The notes under the pieces are model-generated. The model was not told the origin of the DNA and ran no database searches. It was given only the letters and a program-made list of their open reading frames with translations. The position numbers and the translations under genes are program-made. This document shows positions 59,443-64,000 of a stretch of 64,000 nucleotides of DNA, piece after piece; the first letter of the stretch is position 1; every line of letters starts with the position of its first letter. The stretch is from assembly GCA_947085435.1 (NCBI GenBank), contig CAMTWL010000031.1, forward strand, positions 76,278 to 140,277. Reading direction: 5' to 3'. The stretch comes from an uncultured Phycisphaerae bacterium. GTDB taxonomy: Bacteria; Planctomycetota; Phycisphaerae; Phycisphaerales; UBA1924.

Positions 59443-61266
59443 TTACTCCACCGTCACGCTCTTGGCCAGGTTTCTCGGCTTGTCCACGTCGTGCCCGCGC
59501 AGTTTCGCCGCGTGGCAGGCGAGCAGTTGCAGCGGGATCACCGTCAGCAGCGGGCTGAGCGCGTCGGAGATGTCGGGGATGTAGAAGACATCGTCGGCGT
59601 GCCGCTTGATGTTCTGGTCGCCTTGGGTGGCGACGGCGATGACGCGCCCGCCTCGGGCTTTCACCTGCTCGATGTTGAGCATGACCTTGTCGTACTGAGG
59701 CCCCTTGTTGGCGATGAACACCGCGGGCATCCCGTCGTTGATGAGGGCGATCGGGTCGTGCTTGATCTCGGCGGCGGGCATCCCCTCCGCGTGGATGTAC
59801 GAAATTTCCTTGAGTTTGAGCGCGCCTTCGAGCGCGACGGGGTAGTTGTACCCGCGCCCCAGGAAGAGCCAGTTCTCGTTGCGGCAGTATTTTTCCGCGA
59901 CGCGCTTGATGTGGTCGTTCTCGGCGAGCGCCGTCTCGATCATGTCGGGGACGCGCGCGAGTTCTTCGAGCATGACCTCGCAGGCATCGACGGACATGAA
60001 GCGGCGGCGGGCCAGAAAAAGGCTGATGAGCGAGAGGACCATGACCTGCCCGGTGAAGGCTTTGGTGGACGCGACGCCGATCTCGGGGCCGACGCGGAGG
60101 TAGACGCCGGCGTCGGTCTCGCGGGCGATGGATGAGCCGACGACGTTGACCGCGCCCATGGTGAGCGCGCCGCGCTCCTTGGCTTCGCGGAGCGCGGCGA
60201 GCGTGTCCGCGGTCTCCCCCGATTGGCTCACCGCGATCAGCACCGTCCCTTCGACGATGATCGGGTTGCGATAGCGGAACTCGCTGGCGTACTCGACTTT
60301 CGCTGGGATTTTGGCGAGGTCTTCGATCAGGTACTGGCCGATCATCGCGGCGTGGTACGCGGTCCCCTGCCCGGTCAGCACGATCTGGCGGGCGCGGACG
60401 AGTTCGCGCGCGTAGTTGCCGACGCCTCCCAGGACCACCTGACCCGCGTGCTCGTCGATCCGGCCCCGCATCGTGGTGCGGAGAGCCTCGGGCTGCTCGA
60501 AGATTTCCTTCATCATGAAGGTCTCGAACGCGCCGAGTTCGATCTGCTCGAGTTCCATCTCGAGTTGTCGGATCTTGGGGGTGACGGGGACGTTGTCGAG
60601 GGTGCTGGTTCGGAAGTCGTCGCGGGTGAGTTTGCAGACCTGGTAATCGTCGAGCTCGAAGACCTGCGTGGTGTGGGCGACGATGGCGCTGCCGTCGGAG
60701 GCGACGATGAACTCCTTGTCGCCGATGCCGATGATGAGCGGCGAGCCTTTGCGCGCGACGACGAGGGTGTTGGGCTCCTTCTCGCAGATGACGGCGATGG
60801 CGTAGGCCCCGCGGATCTCGCGGAGGGCGCTCTGCACGGCGCGTTCGAGATCGCCGTCGTAAAGTTCGCTCACGAGCATCGCCAGGACCTCGGTGTCGGT
60901 GTCGCTGGTGAAGCGGTGGCCCTTTTCCTGGAGGTAGGTTTTGAGCGGCGCGTAGTTTTCGATGGTGCCGTTGTGGATGATGGCGATGCCGTGCTTGTCG
61001 TCGCGGTGGGGGTGGGCGTTGCGCTCGGAGACATCGCCGTGGGTCGCCCAGCGGGTGTGCCCCATGCCGAGCGAGCCGGTGAGCGGCTTGCGCGCCACGG
61101 CCTCTTCCAGCATCGCGACGCGGCCGACGGCTCGGGTGATGATGAGGCGGTCGCCGAGGATCGCGAGTCCGGCGGAGTCGTAGCCCCGGTATTCGAGGCG
61201 CTTGAGTCCTTCGAGGAGAAGTGATTGGGCCGGCTTGTTTCCGATGTATGCCACGATGCCGCACAT
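59443..61266 (-). CDS. glmS: glutamine--fructose-6-phosphate aminotransferase
   Basis: 607 aa. MCGIVAYIG Ntn start, two SIS domains, C-terminal KSVTVE. Confidence 0.95.
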   Translation of the reverse strand: MCGIVAYIGNKPAQSLLLEGLKRLEYRGYDSAGLAILGDRLIITRAVGRVAMLEEAVARKPLTGSLGMGHTRWATHGDVSERNAHPHRDDKHGIAIIHNGTIENYAPLKTYLQEKGHRFTSDTDTEVLAMLVSELYDGDLERAVQSALREIRGAYAIAVICEKEPNTLVVARKGSPLIIGIGDKEFIVASDGSAIVAHTTQVFELDDYQVCKLTRDDFRTSTLDNVPVTPKIRQLEMELEQIELGAFETFMMKEIFEQPEALRTTMRGRIDEHAGQVVLGGVGNYARELVRARQIVLTGQGTAYHAAMIGQYLIEDLAKIPAKVEYASEFRYRNPIIVEGTVLIAVSQSGETADTLAALREAKERGALTMGAVNVVGSSIARETDAGVYLRVGPEIGVASTKAFTGQVMVLSLISLFLARRRFMSVDACEVMLEELARVPDMIETALAENDHIKRVAEKYCRNENWLFLGRGYNYPVALEGALKLKEISYIHAEGMPAAEIKHDPIALINDGMPAVFIANKGPQYDKVMLNIEQVKARGGRVIAVATQGDQNIKRHADDVFYIPDISDALSPLLTVIPLQLLACHAAKLRGHDVDKPRNLAKSVTVE

Positions 61267-61760
61267 GTACGGAGTCCTTTAGGATATGCTGGTCGTGAAG
61301 TTGACCACGCCAAGGATAGTTCGGCCAGCCGATGAGGGTACGCCCATTTGAAAGCCGCGGTTCGGCAACGGTTATTGTTGGTGTGGGTAATCAATGTTGA
61401 CCCTGGAACCCCGCCCGCAAGGAAGGGGGTTCGGCGGAAGCGTTACCAAGAGCCAAAGCGTGCCGTGCGCTCGGTGAGCCCATACAAATATTAATCGTCG
61501 GCCCCGAACCCCGCTCGCTTGCGCTCGGGGTTCCAGCGCAACTGCGGTGGCGGAAGCGCTTCAATGCCCCGCGTGATTCCATCGCCTGCGTCCGCGTTTC
61601 CATCGGGTCGTTGCCGAGGATGTGGCGGGCGCGGTCGAGGGCTTCTTCGAGGGTTCCGAGGAGGTTGTCGTCGCCGAAGATGTCGAGGAGGCCGGAGCGG
61701 ACGAGTTCCTGGACGGGCTTGGCGCGGACGCGGTGAGGATGAGGCCGACGGCTGCGGGCA

Positions 61761-61822
61761 CTGGTTCACTTTGACGAAAACCGCACGGGCTAGAAGCCCG
61801 TGCCACCGTCAAAGTGAACCAG
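61761..61822. repeat. palindromic element (CTGGTTCACTTTGACG...CGTCAAAGTGAACCAG with a GCACGGGCT-agaa-GCCCGTGC core)
   Basis: Read directly. Lies in the glmS/rarA divergent region. Confidence 0.8.
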
Positions 61823-61870
61823 TGCCCGGCCGCGAGCGACCGATCACCCGATCACCTCTATTATCCGGCG

Positions 61871-63274
61871 ATGTCCGACCTCTGGTCCCCCAATCGAGAG
61901 AAGGCGCGAGCCGGCGTTGAGCCGTTGGTGGTGCGGATGCGCCCGCGGACGCTGGCGGAGTTCGCGGGGCAGGATCATCTGCTGGGCGACCGAAGTTCCA
62001 AGGCGGAGCGTCCCCTGCTCCGCCGGATGCTCGAGTCGGGCACCATGACGTCGATCATCCTGCACGGCCCGCCGGGGACCGGGAAGACCACGCTCGCGCG
62101 GCTCATCGCGGGCGAGACCGGGCGGCTCTTTGTCCGCGAGAACGCCGCAAACGTCTCCGTGAAACGGATACGCGAGGTCATCGACGAGGCGACGCGGCGG
62201 ATCGAAAGCGGCGGCGGCAAGACCGTCTTGTTCCTCGACGAGATCCACCGCTTCTCGCGCTCGCAGCAGGACGTGCTGCTCGACGATGTGGAGCGTGGGC
62301 TGGTGACGCTGATCGGGGCCACGACGGAGAACCCGATGTTCGCGGTGAACTCGGCGCTCGTCAGCCGGAGCACGGTGCTGAGGCTCGAAGTGCTGAGTAC
62401 GGACGACGTTCTCGGCGTGCTTCGGCGTGCGATCGCGGACGCCGAGCGAGGGTACGGGCGGCTGGAACTTCGAGTGAGCGAGGCGGCGCTCGGGCATTGG
62501 GCGAAAGCGTGCGAGGGTGACGCGCGGCGGGCGCTGAACGCGCTGGAAGTGGCGGTACTCTCCTCAAAAGACGCCGACTCCCAGGCCTCAGGCCCTCAAG
62601 CCCCCAGGCCCATCTCCATCGACCTGGCCGCCGCCGAGCAGTCGATCCAGCGGAAGATGATCTCGTACGACCACACGGGCGACGAGCACTACGACACGAT
62701 CAGCGCGTTTATCAAGAGCGTGCGAGGGAGCGACCCCGACGCGGCGGTCTACTGGCTCGCGGTCATGCTCGAAGCGGGCGAAGACCCGCGATTCATCGCG
62801 CGGAGGCTGGCGATCCTGGCGAGCGAGGACATCGGCAACGCCGACCCGCGCGGGATCATGGTCGCGGAGGCCGCGTGGAGCCTGACGGAGCGCGTCGGGA
62901 TGCCCGAGTGCCGGATCATTCTTTCGCAGGCGACAACGTACCTTTCGCTCGCGCCCAAGAGCAACGCCGCGTACCTGGCGATCGACGAGGCGCTGGCGGA
63001 TGTACGTTCCGAGCGGGTGGTCCCCGTGCCGATGTTCCTGCGCGATCCGCACAAGTCGGCGAGCGCCGGCTCGGAGGCTCAGGGGAAGGGGTACGAGTAC
63101 GCGCACGACAGCCAGACGCAAACCAGCCTCGGCGGCGTGACGGGGCAATCGTACCTGGGGGTTGAAAAATCGTACTACCGACCGAAGGACGTCGGCGCGG
63201 AGAAGATGCTTAAAGAAGGGCTGGAAGAGGTGCGGCGGGCGCGGCGCGAGGGGCCGGGCGGCGTCCAAAGGTGA
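61871..63274 (+). CDS. rarA: replication-associated recombination protein A (RarA/MgsA AAA+ ATPase)
   Basis: 467 aa from ATG 61871. GPPGTGKTTLA Walker A, LFLDEIHRF Walker B, and C-terminal MgsA helical domains. Confidence 0.9.
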   Translation: MSDLWSPNREKARAGVEPLVVRMRPRTLAEFAGQDHLLGDRSSKAERPLLRRMLESGTMTSIILHGPPGTGKTTLARLIAGETGRLFVRENAANVSVKRIREVIDEATRRIESGGGKTVLFLDEIHRFSRSQQDVLLDDVERGLVTLIGATTENPMFAVNSALVSRSTVLRLEVLSTDDVLGVLRRAIADAERGYGRLELRVSEAALGHWAKACEGDARRALNALEVAVLSSKDADSQASGPQAPRPISIDLAAAEQSIQRKMISYDHTGDEHYDTISAFIKSVRGSDPDAAVYWLAVMLEAGEDPRFIARRLAILASEDIGNADPRGIMVAEAAWSLTERVGMPECRIILSQATTYLSLAPKSNAAYLAIDEALADVRSERVVPVPMFLRDPHKSASAGSEAQGKGYEYAHDSQTQTSLGGVTGQSYLGVEKSYYRPKDVGAEKMLKEGLEEVRRARREGPGGVQR

Positions 63275-63299
63275 TCGCGGGAATCGGGGCCATCCGCCT

Positions 63300-63815
63300 T
63301 CACTCCTTAGTTTCGTCGGCAGACAGAACGGAAGAAATTGTCTCAAGTATCCAGTACCCGCCGCATTCTGAGCAAACAGACCAAGCAGAACCGGTCGCCG
63401 GATTCAGCGAATAGCCGCAAGCAGGACATCGTTTCAACCGGAGCATGACGGTCTTTATGTGCGGCCAGTTAGCCAGGGTAATCGGAGGGCCGCCTCGACG
63501 AAGGTGTAATATCAAGGACACAATGAACCAAACCCCTCCAAGTGCAATGAGCATCTTCGATGATGTAACAACGCCGACTATCGCAACGCCGGCAAACCCG
63601 ACCAGCATGAGTGCCGCGGAAACAGGCGACAAATACCGCCTCGTCGATCCGAGAGCTTCAAGCAGTTTTTCGTGGTCACTCCCCTGTAACTCGTACCCGG
63701 CGGTAGCGCGCACCATCGAGTAACGAGTTCCAAGCGGTAGTTTCTTGCCTCGATCGTCAGTAATATTTGGATGGAACATAGTCGCGTTAGGGAAGCGGTT
63801 GATCCGCCCAACCAT
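63300..63815 (-). CDS. hypothetical membrane protein with a C-terminal zinc-ribbon (CPACG...CSECG)
   Basis: 171 aa in a locally AT-richer segment next to the IS5-like end. Two TM helices. Confidence 0.35.
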   Translation of the reverse strand: MVGRINRFPNATMFHPNITDDRGKKLPLGTRYSMVRATAGYELQGSDHEKLLEALGSTRRYLSPVSAALMLVGFAGVAIVGVVTSSKMLIALGGVWFIVSLILHLRRGGPPITLANWPHIKTVMLRLKRCPACGYSLNPATGSAWSVCSECGGYWILETISSVLSADETKE

Positions 63816-63860
63816 TCACACAGTTTTCGTAGTTGATCCGAGCAGCCTCTTCTTCTTGGG

Positions 63861-64000
63861 CTAGGCTCTGTCTGAAAACAGCAGTTTGAGGTATCGGCGG
63901 ATCATGGCCAGTTGGAGCATGCCATGAAAGTGAACGGCCAGCTTCTCGAATCGGGTGCCGATGCGTCGGCTTTCCTTGAGCCAGCCGACACACTGTTCGA
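63861..64000 (-). mobile_element. C-terminal end of an IS5-family (DDE_Tnp_1) transposase, running off the window
   Basis: The minus strand translates to ...EQCVGWLKESRRIGTRFEKLAVHFHGMLQLAMIRRYLKLLFSDRA*, the conserved C-terminus of IS5/IS4-superfamily transposases. Stop codon at 63861-63863. Confidence 0.55.

Overview
This is a high-GC (about 65-68 %) bacterial chromosomal segment. The gene content points to Planctomycetota or a relative: four DUF1559-type prepilin-like proteins with [16 protein letters not shown]-termini, two Hanks-type Ser/Thr kinases (one with CHASE2), dockerin-like C-terminal tags on secreted proteins, and PP2C phosphatases. Confidently recognisable housekeeping genes are sppA, a LOG-family hydrolase, lpxI, a tlyA-like methyltransferase, nuoD, bioY, an S9 peptidase, a heme oxygenase, two hsp20 genes, clpB, lnt, gap, a flotillin, an F6P-aldolase/transaldolase, ridA, rpsL-rpsG, glmS and rarA. 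Accessory content includes two parDE toxin-antitoxin pairs, an orphan vsr, transposase remnants (IS3 OrfA, ISAzo13-like, and an IS5-family end at the window edge) and a low-GC DUF2335 islet. The most striking property is repeat saturation. At least five families of palindromic or MITE-like elements fill intergenic spaces. One has 15-bp TIRs and 8-bp target-site duplications. One is inserted in-frame into lnt. One has an arm that supplies the signal-peptide coding sequence of two adjacent lipoprotein genes. Other notable sites are a G-quadruplex/hairpin spacer between two co-directional genes, a C14 homopolymer tract in a promoter, a duplicated 3' fragment of gap, and tandem recently duplicated secreted proteins that share a C-terminal tag with a large S1 protease. 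No rRNA, tRNA or CRISPR array was found. Many long ORFs in the six-frame track are antisense GC-artefacts.
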